From the NCBI RefSeq assembly GCF_009914755.1, contig NC_060934.1: 64,000 nt of DNA; one strand, 5' to 3'. The DNA is from the human T2T-CHM13v2.0 reference genome, Homo sapiens. Below the pieces are notes generated by a model that was not told the origin of the DNA, did not search any database, and worked only from the letters and a program-made list of their open reading frames with translations. The first letter of the stretch is position 1. Each line of letters begins with the position of its first letter. Shown one piece after another: positions 1 to 12,270 of this stretch. The translations under genes were made by a program, and so were the position numbers.

Positions 1-1520
1 GCACCTGCTCTTAGCATTAAGTATTATAGTATCTCTCAAATGATGGACACTCAATAAGTTGTTTTATGAACACATCATGTTAATACAGTGTTTACAAGTT
101 TTCAATTGTTCCTTGAAGCTTTTCTTTGTTTATATCCTAAGTGCATAGGTTGGCATGCAGTAAATAAATGATCGAATGAATTAAGTGATTAAATGAATGA
201 ATGAATTAATTAATTAATATGTAAAATCAAGCAAAGAGTAGGTACAATGAAACATGTCCAGCTTGCATTTAAATGTGATTTTGGTTTTGTTAACAACTGA
301 AAAGCTCCAAAAATATATTTATGCAGGCTTATAGGAACATTCAAATCTGCTTAATGAGTTAATCATTACTTTTGTAGTGTTAAAAGAGGAGGGAACATCT
401 AAGAAAATGTGTCCAGTTATTTCACATTTCCTTCAGGTTCTGGAGTAGACAGCAAACCAACCGTCAAAACTACTACTCTAAAGAACAGGACAAAATGGCT
501 TCTAGCCTCTGTGATATGCTCTATTCACTCCAAAGACATAGTTAAGTAAAAAGAGATATGTCCTCAAAACCTGTAGGGACCTGTCGGCTACATAACTTTA
601 TTCATAGTCATCCCCACTAAAAAATGCTTTTTCTCATATACCAAACAAGTGTGCAATACAGTAATAATTTAATTCTGTCTATTAATACTTTCAATCTGCT
701 ATTATTGATACAGTTCCCACCATCTTCCTATGTAGATTTTGGCAAAAAAAGAAAAATTTAAAGTCATGTAAAGATCTGTTTTTCACTGCCCTGTGAAGTA
801 ACTGCAAGAAAGATTTAAGGAATCTTACAAAAAAATACAACACAGCCTTTTCATTAGTGCAAAATGATTTCATTTTAACTCCTCTAAGGGCCTTTTACTA
901 ATAAATTAATATTAGCTTCAATTAAAATAAAATCTTTCAGAAGCAAATGTTTAATTTCTGAAGTACAGATGGAAACTACTACTTTCTCACTCTAACAACA
1001 TAAATGAACTATTCAAAGCTGATATGTAATTCATTTCTCATTTCATTAGCTTAAACATCAGCTGTGGGTGTACTTTACTTACACTATGGACATATGGTTG
1101 CTTGGATCAAACTAGGAGTAAATTTTTTTAATGCTTTCAAGAAAATACAAAATGAGTATAAATAAGTAATCAGTTTATGGTAATTTAGGAAGAATAGCAA
1201 ATTGACAAGCCTGTCTTTACTCCATAATCTACCTAGGTTTTCAGAAAATGAGGTTTAGACATTAATATACAATCATGCTATAGAATTATTGATCAAAGAG
1301 AGGGATACCTTAAACACATCCATTCTAATCAATGGAAATGCCAGGTAGGATAAGCTGTTCTGAACTTTGGAGTGTAGATTTATCAAACAAAGGCGGCCTT
1401 TTGGTCAACACCCCGGCGACTTCAAAGTATCTTGTCTATTTTACACAGCCAAATTCAGAACCAGTTCTGAACTCTTTTGCAGCCTATACTTTCTCTGCCT
1501 ACTTTATTCAGAATAGACAG

Positions 1521-1725
1521 AATAATAGCTACCATTCTCACTCATCTTGGCACTGTGCTAAGCATTTTAGATGCATGTCTCATAATCCTCACGGAAGCCC
1601 TGTAAGGCAGGAACTATTACTATCCTGATTTACCTATGAGGAAACTGAGGTCACATAGTTAATAAGAGATTGGCTGGTAATTGAGAATATAGAGCCAGCT
1701 CTCTGAACCCTAAATCTGCACTGCT
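1521..1725 (-). mobile_element. MIR SINE
   Basis: Reverse complement of the MIR core and tail (ggcactgtgctaagcatttta...aatcctcac...atgaggaaactgagg). Confidence 0.8.
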
Positions 1726-3139
1726 TTCTTTTGATAAGTAAAGTCCATGGGGTTTCTGAATTGCTGCTCTCCTGGGGGAATTCATGATAATTTTCTGACA
1801 ATGCAGTTAACAGACCTACACAGCCAAGTTCTCCTAGGCCTTGAGCTTCTGTCTGGTAGTAGCCCAAAAATATTTCATCCCTTCTTAATCCTTGATAAAT
1901 TTATTATGTGCATTTGAAAGTAGGTGAGGATACATTATTATGGAATTAAATAGGTCAGAAAAGAATTCAGACTCATTACAATAATGATCTAAAAATGATA
2001 TCACCAAATTGTTTTCTACCATTAATAAAGCCCAGATTAAAATATTTCTAATTATACCATTACCTTTGAAAATTACTGGTGGTAAAGAAATTTGCCTTTG
2101 AAAGCTCACATAATGCTAAGTCATCATTTCTTTAGGTTATGTTAAGTAACTGGGAGAGAATTAATAATACTAGAAAGTGGCATTAAGCATATAAATGACT
2201 TCTACAAATACCACTTTATACTCTTCTTTTTTTCATTTATTCAATAAATGCTAATTATTGTGGTTCATATATATTTAATATTTAGGGAGCCAATATTATG
2301 TATCAAGAATATGTTTGGTACCTCATAGATCATATATCATACAAATCAATGACTAGTAAGGATTTCACCATTTTTCAAATGATATGTCCCAAAGTACTGA
2401 CCTACTCTGATCCTTTATCACACATCACATGGTTAACAAGAGCAGCACTTTTGACCTCTGTGTTATACTCTACTCTATCTTTCAAGAATATCTGGAATAT
2501 CTTCAAAAAGTAAAAAATAAAATACTAGAGAGAAAGGACTTAGATATAGCTTCATGAAGCTGATACATTATGTTTTCCCCCTCTGGCAGAGTAGGTTTTC
2601 TACATATGAAACGCTAATCATTTAATTAGCCTGAGTGTCCACCTTTGAGTCTCTCCAGTGACTTAGAAACTCATCTTCTTTCCCTGTAGCTTAATTTAAA
2701 AAATCTTCATATGTCTACATAATGGGTTAATATTAATAAATAATATTTCTGATTTAATTATATTAAAAGTGTATCCAATGAATTTTTAATATGATGAAGA
2801 TTAAGCTCTTTCATGCTTTTCCTCACATCATTTTCTAATTTGTTTACATCACAGTAATCATTTACACAAATGTGACTACTTAAATATTCAAAGTTGGACC
2901 TGAACCAAGTAATGTTCTATGATGACCTTTGTTCTTTTATGTACTACTTTATAAATTTTATTTATTTTAAATTGTTAATAAATTTTATTTTTTTAAATTG
3001 CTTGGTTTTCTTTGCATTTCTCAGTAAGAATTCTCAAATGTTTAAATTATCAATACTATTTTTATTTATGTTATGTTAATTAACTGGGAGAGAATTAATA
3101 GTAGAAAGTGGCATTAAGCATATGAATAAGAAGTTCGTG

Positions 3140-3600
3140 CAACTGTTTTGGTTCATGCAAATAGAATCATACTGCATATACTTTTTGTATCAACTTTCAC
3201 TAAACATTAAATTTTTTTCTATGTAAGTTGTATATGGAATTATTCATTCTCATTGCTGTATAGCATGTCATTATACTAAAATGTATTTATCCAGTCTATG
3301 GTTGATGGGCATTTGCATAATGTTTAGTTTGGGACTATAATATATATGGTGCTATGAATATCCTAGTAGATGTTTTTTGGTGAATATATGTGTACATTTT
3401 TAGGGAATATACATATCAGTAGACTTGCTGGGCCATAGTATATCCATATATTTCACATTAGTAAACATCAACAATATCCTAAGTGGTTGGAAAAATTTTT
3501 ACCCCTATCAACAATGCCTAAATATTCTAGTTGCTCTGTATCTTCCCTAATATTTGGCACATACCATCTTTTACTTTTTAGCTTTCTGCAGAGTATATTC
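3140..3600 (-). mobile_element. Old L1M (L1MC/ME-like) 3' fragment
   Basis: Antisense L1 3'-end motifs (atttatccagtctatggttgatgggcattt...gctatgaatatcct...ttgctgggccatag). Confidence 0.7.
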
Positions 3601-4197
3601 TCTTGTTCCCTTTTAATATCTCTTCCAGGGATCTGGTTTCTGCTAGTTAAGACTAGGGATTACTTTGATTTTTTAAAAAATCTACTCCTGCATCTTGAGT
3701 TTAGACTGTTAAATCTTCCTCTTTTAGAATCACTCACCATCCTATTGCTCAAGATCAAATCTTAATTTCTTCACTTTCTACCATTCAGAAAAACAGTTAC
3801 AACAGGGAAAAAGTTAAAGAAAAATAGAAAGGTAAAAGGGCTCCAAGGTCTGTAGTGTTAGCAAAATGCTGCTCAGTACTCAGAGGGTATCCTGAACTAG
3901 AGGAACAGGGAAAGAAGTCTAGAGTAAAAAGGTGCAGAGGTTTAAAAGGTACAGAGGTTTATAGGGTGGGATCACATCTAGTAGGAGAAATGTATCTTCC
4001 TTTGACCAGTGGTGTTGAATGAAGGTGGTCCTTCACATATTGCTGGGGATTCCTTGGCTGAAAATAAATAGAATTGATCTTACCTCTACAAACTTCAACT
4101 CTCTTTGCACAGTTGTCTATAATTATGTGTCAGAGTAGAACCATTTTTCCAACCTTGTCTATCTGGTATCTTTCTGCCCATTCTTCAGATTCAGATT

Positions 4198-4302
4198 ATT
4201 GTTTATTTATTTACTTTTATAAATTTATTTTTTATTGATACATAATAGATGTACATATTTGAGGGTACATATGATAACTTAATACCTTCATGTAATTTGA
4301 AA
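4198..4302 (-). mobile_element. Very short 5'-truncated L1MA-like 3' end, inserted into an L2 fragment
   Basis: T-rich tail plus 'ttattgatacataatagatgtacatatttgagggtacat'. TSD tcagattcagatt (4185-4197) / tcagattcagttt (4303-4315). Confidence 0.75.
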
Positions 4303-4443
4303 TCAGATTCAGTTTAAACATAAGCTTCTCTGCGAAACTTCCCTCAATCAGCACCCCCACACTTGCCTCCAAGTATATTAGGAAATCCTGTCTCTTGGAC
4401 ACGCTAATGCCTGAAATATACGTTTATTAAAGCACCTGTGTCT

Positions 4444-4587
4444 TAGCCAGGCATGGTGGCATGTGCCTGTAGTTTCTACTACTTGGAAGGCTGAAGCAAG
4501 AGGATCACTTGAGCCAAGGAGTTCAAGGCTTCATTGAGCTATGATCACACCACTGCAGTTCAGCCTGGGTAACAGAATGAGAGCCCC
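4444..4587 (+). mobile_element. FRAM / Alu right-monomer SINE
   Basis: gccaggcatggtggcatgtgcctgtag...gaggatcacttgagcc...cagcctgggtaacaga. Degenerate TSD aaagcacctgtgtct (4429-4443) / aaagctcctatgtct (4611-4625). Confidence 0.85.
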
Positions 4588-4730
4588 TTGCCTCTGCCCT
4601 ACCTTTTTGTAAAGCTCCTATGTCTCTTACTTTACTGTATGTGTTTTCTTGTACTCAGCCACTTCTAAAATCCTGACAGAAAGCTCTCAAAGTATAAACT
4701 CTGTCAGGTCACTTTGTTTCCTCAGGAAAG

Positions 4731-4808
4731 TAGTAGGTAGTAGAGTAAGAATTCAAAATTAGGCACTCAGACTCAGAGCCTGTGCCCATAGCCACTATGT
4801 TCTATTGC
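4731..4808 (-). mobile_element. MIR fragment (5' part)
   Basis: gaattcaaaattaggcactcagactcagagcctgtgcccatagccactatg resembles the reverse complement of the MIR head. Confidence 0.55.
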
Positions 4809-4824
4809 TTGGATGTAAGAATAA

Positions 4825-5745
4825 CCACCCTGAGACATACCCACAAAACATTGCAGGACACTTAGGATAAAGAGAAGAGCTACATCTTTAAGAGAGAAAA
4901 GATTATCAGCAAAATATTAAAATCAGATTGGCATTAGACTTTTCATGAGAAAGGCTAGATACCAAAGGAAAAAACATAAAATAATGCCTTAATTCTAAGA
5001 AAAATTTATTTTAAACTTGAAATTCAATATCCAACCAATCCATCAGTTAAGTGAATGATGGCATTATTTCAGACATTCAAGTACACAGAATATTTAATTT
5101 CTATTAACTGTCAGGAAGACACTTGGCACACATACTCTTAAAACAAGAGGTGAATCCAAAAGATCAAAACGTGGGGCTGAGGAAATAGTGGAGTTGGAAA
5201 AGCAGTATAAGGAATACCCAGAGAGTATTGAGACAATATGTAAACATGTGATATATTTGAGAGCCAGGGTTCTCACTATGTAAACAGGGAGGTACTGCTA
5301 AGGAATGACAAACTGCTGTGGTAAGACAAAGATGAACCCCATGGGACTGGACTGAACTGAAGATGTTGGCTTGAACTCATAATTTTATATGCAGATATAA
5401 ACATAAATTGTATATACAGATATATATGTGTATTATTTTTGTGCAAGAATGAAGGAGAAATAAGAAAACACATCTTAATTTGCCTATCTTCACACACATT
5501 TTTAAAAAAGATTCACATTAAGGATAAAGGAATAAGAAGACTTGTTATATACAAGGAATCTTAAGAGTAAGGTAGAAGGGATATGAGAAGATAGATTTGT
5601 CTCAGAGTAGTTTTTGTACATTTTTGACTTCTGTAAACTTTTTAAGATTCTACAATAAAAAAAATAAAATTCAATCAACAAGGGTAGGGAGTTGGGGAGA
5701 GGAAACCTAACACCAAATGCAAATAGCAATAAATTAATGAATGAA
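4825..5745 (+). mobile_element. Old L1 fragments (ORF1/HAL1-like part followed by L1MC-like 3' UTR)
   Basis: ORF1-like 'aaaatcagattggcattagacttttc...aattcaatatccaaccaa' and L1MC-like 'agggttctcactatg...gaactcataatttt'. Confidence 0.55.
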
Positions 5746-5804
5746 TATGTTTAAAATTTTTAACGTGTGCACCACTGAGTTGCTCATACTTCACTATTTT
5801 CTAA

Positions 5805-5992
5805 AGTTGTGTTGTTTAATACAGTGGCCACCAGATATACGCTGCTATTTAACCTTATATTAAAATACTATAAATGAATACAATTAAACATTTATTTCCT
5901 TAGTCACTCTAGCCCACCACATATGGCTACCATATTAGATAGTGTAGATATAGCTCAGTTCTATCATCACAAAAAGTTCTATTGGACAGCAC
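5805..5992 (-). mobile_element. MER3 (hAT-Charlie MITE)
   Basis: Ends in 'atcatcacaaaaagttctattggacagcact', the reverse complement of the MER3 start. Internal 'ggctaccatattagatagtgtagatatag'. Confidence 0.8.
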
Positions 5993-6603
5993 TATTTCAA
6001 ATATTTGCAAATCAATTATTTGTGAAGCACCTGTCCTCTGCAGGGCACTGGTTTAATGTTGGATGAGTGATATCGGTATCATCTTTGATTCTGTGTATAT
6101 CTCACTACTATGAGTTAAAAAACCCTAAAGAAACCCTCTCTGGCACCTCAAAATGCCCTGGGCTATTGCAAAATTGTATTTTAGCTCCTATCTAATGATA
6201 CAATTCTTAGCTTTATTGGTCAACATGTATCTTCCTTGGTATAAATATAGATGACTACTTAACAACAAAAAACATAGTTTTCCTTGTAGTTTGAGAAATT
6301 ATAGATTATCTCTTTGCCATATTAATTGTGTTAATCCCTTGAAGTTTATGGGATTCTACAGCTGATGAAATTGTACTAATTGCAATATATGTTAACAGTG
6401 TCTGGAATTTCAGTTCCAATTTGTTACTTTCATTCTAACAAAACTGTTAATTAATTTTAAGGAGTTGTAATACTACAGTAAAAGATTATGGATTCAATCT
6501 CATTGATAGTTGTGATTTTATTTTCCGCATTAGCTGTATTTCCCATGGAAGCATAAGAGCTTCCTATATGCAAGGGGTACAAGGTTAAGATTTTTAAAGA
6601 ACA

Positions 6604-6657
6604 GGCCAGGCGTGGTGGCTCATGCCTGTAATCCCAGCACTTTGGAAACAAACAAGA
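6604..6657 (+). mobile_element. Mini-Alu: first 42 nt of Alu plus a short A-rich tail, flanked by a TSD
   Basis: ggccaggcgtggtggctcatgcctgtaatcccagcactttgg + aaacaaacaaga. TSD aagatttttaaagaaca (6587-6603) / aagatttttaaagaata (6658-6674). Confidence 0.85.
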
Positions 6658-8588
6658 AAGATTTTTAAAGAATAAATTTATTTTTCCTGTATTTGATATT
6701 CATTTATTTTGAATCCTCCTACTATTACACCCAATATATTAACTTCGGGGAGCCCAAATTAATACGGCTTAAACATATAAGCATGTTTAACTCATGTAAC
6801 ATACTTTTCTAGAAATCTGAATAGAAATTGATTGTAAACTTTTTGGCTGTGAGAGTTTGGTGAACTGAATTATTACTTTTAATAATATTTGTTGAATGAA
6901 TGAAGAAAACTCCTGTTTTAAATGCAGTAGGGGAGCTTACTATTTAAGGCAACTGAAGTAACTTCTATCATAAATATTTACCTCCTAATTTCTTTTTCTT
7001 TTTAAAGCTGAATTTCCACATGTTGGTTTACAGACACTATTTTAAACAAGTCTATACAAGAAAATGAAGTTTTATAACCATGCTAAGCATGTTTAAAGTA
7101 GTTATAGAAATCCAAAAACTTTCTGAATCTATGTAAACTATGATTATGAAACATCAGAAAACAAAATAAGCTAAAGTTCCCTTCTATAAAATGAAAAAGT
7201 TGGTTTAGTTCTTCTCCTCTAGCATAGTTACTCTCTGATTCCATAAGTTTCTTCACAATCATACATGCATTGTATTTATTTTCTCTGGCTATATCTGGTT
7301 ACAAGCAGAAATTCATTTGAAAAGAATAAATGGAAGAATGAGAGGGTGGGTAGATGACTGGATGGCTAGGTGGGTGGATAAAAGGAAAGAAGGATAGTAG
7401 TAGGAGAAGTTGGGTGGATAGATGCATAGATAATACGATGTGTGAATAAAGAGAAGTAGAGATTTATTTTTATAACTCTCCTACATCTCCCCCAAAAGTG
7501 AATTAAAAGCAGCTTTTAAAAAAGAGTCAAGTGTGCAATAAGCTTTAAAACAAGGCCAACAGGAGCCACATAATCAAAGTTAGGGAGCAGAAATATAATT
7601 ACATTAAAAATCCTAGAGTTAAGGTACAGCAATTAAGTATAAAATTGATTGTTTGAGGTCCAGGCAAAAATGAAGCAATGGGTTATATGGTTCATATTAC
7701 CTACTAAAAGGAACCTAAGCACTTTGAAATTTTCAAATGAAAATGATAATTTCTATTTTCATCAGGATATACTTGAAAAGACTTTTCCTTCTCAATGCTG
7801 TATACTAAGAGGAATAAATGTATCATGTATTTATTTATGTTATTGGTTATTAAATAATAAAATGAACAATAGTCTTTACAAATGATGTTAAGAAAATGCA
7901 AAAGCATTCTTCATAAGACTATTTATTTTTTACAATATCAGATTATCGTCTGCAGAGAGTTAAAGTACTAGAGTTTTGATTTGCACCTACCTGATATGAC
8001 ATACAGAAATAGGTCTTGATTTGAATTCTAGAGAGAAAGTCAATGCATAAATGAATAAATGATCTCAACATGGCTTTTGACAGAAGTGAGTCACAAATTA
8101 TTCGAAATTGATGTCAACAGTGAGTTACTTCTTGTAGGATGGTCATTCAGGTTTATCAGGCAAAAGAACTTCCAACACTTGTTTTAGAAACAAAAATGCT
8201 AATGATGTAAATTGATATTCTCTTGTGAAAATGAAAGTGACTTGTATCAGCTGCATTTTATTCCTGAGACAGAAAGCCTCAGATCAGGATTACAAAATAT
8301 GATAACCTATATGACAGTGTCCATCATAATATCTGATCGTTTGGAAATAAGAGAAGACAAACATCTGATCACTTACTAAGTACCAGTTATTTTGCTAGTG
8401 ATTTACACGTGTGAAAGCAGTAATGTGTGGTATGTTGAGGCTTGACATCAAACTTCCTGATTGGGGGTCTCTTCCCTGATTGCATTTTCTCATTGCATTT
8501 TATATGCATTGTGTTTTCTCTGAAGTTTTACAAGGCTGTAGTCCTGTGCAAACAGTAAATTCATTGCTCGGTAAACTTTATTATAACA

Positions 8589-8760
8589 CAGTAGTTTTCA
8601 AACTTTACCATGCATCAGAATCACCAGAAAGGCCCATTAAGGCCCCACCCATGGAGTTCCTGGTTCAATAGGTCTAAAGTGCTGCAGAAGAATCTAAATT
8701 TTAACAAGTTTTCAACTGATGTGGATACTGCTAGTCCAGGGATCATCTTTGAGAATCACT
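8589..8760 (-). mobile_element. MER5A (hAT-Charlie)
   Basis: TIR-like ends cagtagttttcaaa / tttgagaatcact; internal 'tgcatcagaatcacc' and 'ggccccaccc'. Confidence 0.8.
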
Positions 8761-9007
8761 TTTAGCAGATACAATTGGTTGGCTCCCCGAATACTCACTA
8801 CCAACATTGTTGCTAAAAGAACCATGAATTTGTTCAAACGTCCAGTTACATCTGAGAAGAGGGAAGGTGATGCAGTTCTCGGTCAGTTAGAGTAGGTTAG
8901 TATTCTCTGTGCTCTTCCCATATTGTATTAAAGAAGGAATTTTATTGTAATAGTTGTTATTGTTTGTCACCCTATTTGATGTTCCACAAAGGGAAGATAC
9001 TTAGAAG

Positions 9008-9440
9008 ATATGTGTGCATAAATTATATATATGTGTATTTATATATTAATATATATCTGTCTGTATATATGTATGTGTATGTGTGTGTATTTGGCATATA
9101 TATACACACCAAATTATATGTGTGAACACATAAATTATATATATGTGTATGCATATATATGTGTGTCTATATATGTGTGTGTTTCTGTGTGTATACCAAA
9201 CACTTTTGTGTACATATATGTATATATGTATTATAATATATCTCATATTGTATATCAATATATTATAATATACCTCAATATATCATTTGATGTGGAACAC
9301 ATACAGATATATATACACATACACACATGTATACACACACCAAATTTGGTATATAAAACATGCATATACAGATACACACACACACACACACATATATATA
9401 TACATACACATATATATCATTTATGTGTAAACACATATGT
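9008..9440. repeat. Degenerate (TA/TG/CA)n low-complexity repeat
   Basis: Long runs of tatatg/tgtgta then cacata/tataca; these explain the spurious 60-168 aa ORFs here. Confidence 0.9.
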
Positions 9441-9469
9441 TTCGTATCATCAGTTTCTCCCACCAAATT

Positions 9470-9600
9470 TACTCTTCTCTCTCCTCATGTATCTCCCACT
9501 CTCCATGTTCAATCAATCAATCACTATGTCCTGCTGATTCGGCCTCTCAAATATGTTTCTGGCACATAGTAGATGCTCAGTAATTATGCACTGAGTGAAT
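9470..9600 (+). mobile_element. L2 fragment(s)
   Basis: 'atcaatcactatgtcctgctgattc..cctctcaaatat' and 3'-end motif 'ctggcacatagtagatgctcag...gagtgaat'. Confidence 0.55.
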
Positions 9601-10932
9601 ATGCCTACCTAGCACAAGTTCTATCAATTCAATGATCTAACTTCTATGCATCATAACTCACCCAGTTTTACAAGTAAAACATATAATGATTGTCTTTTAA
9701 TTAATGCACCTACTAACTTTATCATTAAGGTCAAAGGAGTTATCATTAAGTTATCATTGAATCAGTTGCTGTGAATTTCGTGTAGGTCTCTCTCAATGGA
9801 AAAGTTTGCTTCTCAAACCTTTTCTGTTCCTATTCACTAAAGTTCTGCCACTGCAATTCTTGGCTGTGCCTCAATAGTGCACACACAGTACATTTAGTAT
9901 ATTACTGATGGACAAAGCTCTGAAGTTAAGAGGATTAATAAGGATAAAACCCAAAATACCTAAAGCTAATATCAATTCACTGAGTCAGCAAGAATGCTCT
10001 GAAAACCTTTTATTTTGAGGCATGAAAACCTCTCACATATCATTTTATTATTTCTACCTCTGGAATTCTCCAAATCATCATGAGGCTGCCTGCAAATGTA
10101 GAGAGAAAGTATATATAAGCAATTTTGTTATTTTTAATTCTAATAATCTTAAATCTACCTACTTCTTTCTCCTCAAAAGACCTCATTACCTTGCCTATTA
10201 TCCTCAAGATGCCTAGAGATGCCTAGAGAGACAGATATGAGCTAAGATCTCATTTTTTCAGGCTACCTCCTTCTATCCTTCTATGCATTGTGTTTTTCTT
10301 TTACTGCAGGAAGAAATCATTTCAATAGATATTTACTTATTGATATGTATAAGTTTTGATGATCACAAAACTAAGGTTCAGTCAGATTAAGTATTAATGT
10401 CTAAAACTGCATAGCTAGCAAAAAATGAATCACAAAATACTTCTAAAAATGAAGAATTGTCCTATAAAGCTTTTAAAAGGTTAACAATCTCTTTGAGGTA
10501 AAACAAGAACATAACAAACTACTGGTGGCTGAAAATGTAGATTTTAATTATGTATTTATAATATGATTTCAATATATTACCTGTTATATATTTGCCTGTG
10601 TTTCCTACTAACTGTAGAATACAAGGCAGAATAACAAAACTGCCAAAAGAGAATCATATAAAGCTTCAGAGACATTAAAATGAGAAAAAGTAGAGTTGAG
10701 ATTGTAATATCTATCAATGTAGTAAAACAGGGAAAAAAAAGCTAAAAGTTAGATTACAACAAGTTGTAATTTAAACTTTAAGCCAAAGAATCTATTCTTA
10801 ATTTGATAGATATTTAATGGCCTTTAGAAAATTCCAGTAGTATTCTAACATGACTAGTAGTGAGAAAGTAAATCTGCTACTTGATCTGCCTTAAAATTTC
10901 CTGTACAATGTAATTCATTACTTTTTCTGTGA

Positions 10933-11261
<329 letters not shown>

Positions 11262-11572
11262 ATCAGCATTCTTGACAAGAAAAAAATCAAGCACCTTTCT
11301 AATAGACTTTCATGAGATTATGACCTCTTCTAGGAGATTAGACTGGCCTCAAGTAACCATCATGCTAATAGCCCAATGATTGTTAACGAGAATCTTTGGA
11401 ATAGTTGCATATAATCTAATAGTGATTGTCTAATCATCATGTTTTAAATGAATCATCTCTATCAAGAGGACATATTTAAATTTACTTTTTCTAAAGCCTA
11501 TTTCCTTGCAGCATGTTGGAAATAGAGTTTTATCATCCGGTCATAATTAATTTGTCTGAGAAGTTGTTTTAA

Positions 11573-11794
11573 CAGTGGTTTTCAACTCTGTTCCAATGAG
11601 AGTGTCTCAGGAAGCACTGTGGGTAGAGAGAGAAGAAGGAGGGGGTGAGGAGAAGCCCTACTGAAAATAGTGTGAGTTCCCACACTCAATCGCTGTTACA
11701 AAGACAGCAGCACTTTTTCATCTGTTCTATATATTTAAGTTCAGTTTCACTGGAATAAAAGGTTGTGTAATACTAAAAAGACTGGAAATCATTG
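11573..11794. mobile_element. hAT-Charlie MITE (MER102-like)
   Basis: TIR-like cagtggttttcaa ... tggaaatcattg; internal 'cagcagcactttttcatctgttctatatattt'. Confidence 0.55.
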
Positions 11795-11799
11795 CTCTA

Positions 11800-12180
11800 C
11801 ATTATGAATATAGAAGTCTTGTATAAAATAGAAAAGCTGAAACAGGAAGACAAGTTAGGAGGTTTTAGAGTAGGCTAGAAGAAAAGAGTTCATAAAGATC
11901 TGAATGAGGATGTTGGCAGTGGAAATGAACAGGTTGGGACATTTGGTACTGAGATAGAAACTTCACGATTTTATTGCTGATTAGATGCAGGGAGGTAATG
12001 CAAAGGAAGAATTCCAAGATGACTAAGGTATTGACTAATCCTGATGTCTAGAAGAAAGTGGGCAAACTATTATCAGTAATAAAAGAGCCAAAAGGAAAGG
12101 AAGTCTCGATGGGTTAATAAGAGTCTATTCACGTTGAGTTTCAGGTAAGTTTCAAGTCCAGATACCTATTAGACAGTCAG

Positions 12181-12214
<34 letters not shown>

Positions 12215-12270
12215 TTTGGTAAACATTTGCATTGGGATGACAGTTGAAGCCATGGCAATAGGCCAAATCA
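11800..12270 (-). mobile_element. L2 fragment containing a (GA)n repeat at ~12184-12211
   Basis: L2 antisense motifs 'acaggaagacaagttaggagg', 'tggcagtggaaatg', 'ccaagatgact', 'gttgagtttcagg', 'gttgaagccatgg'. Confidence 0.7.

Noticed and set aside
3926-3962. Short tandem duplications (also 10207-10226 and ~36440-36470)
   Set aside because: Ordinary slippage-type microduplications.
9031-9537. 168-aa ORF and overlapping ORFs
   Set aside because: Translation of TA/TG/CA low-complexity repeat (Y/I/C/V/H/T-rich); not a gene.
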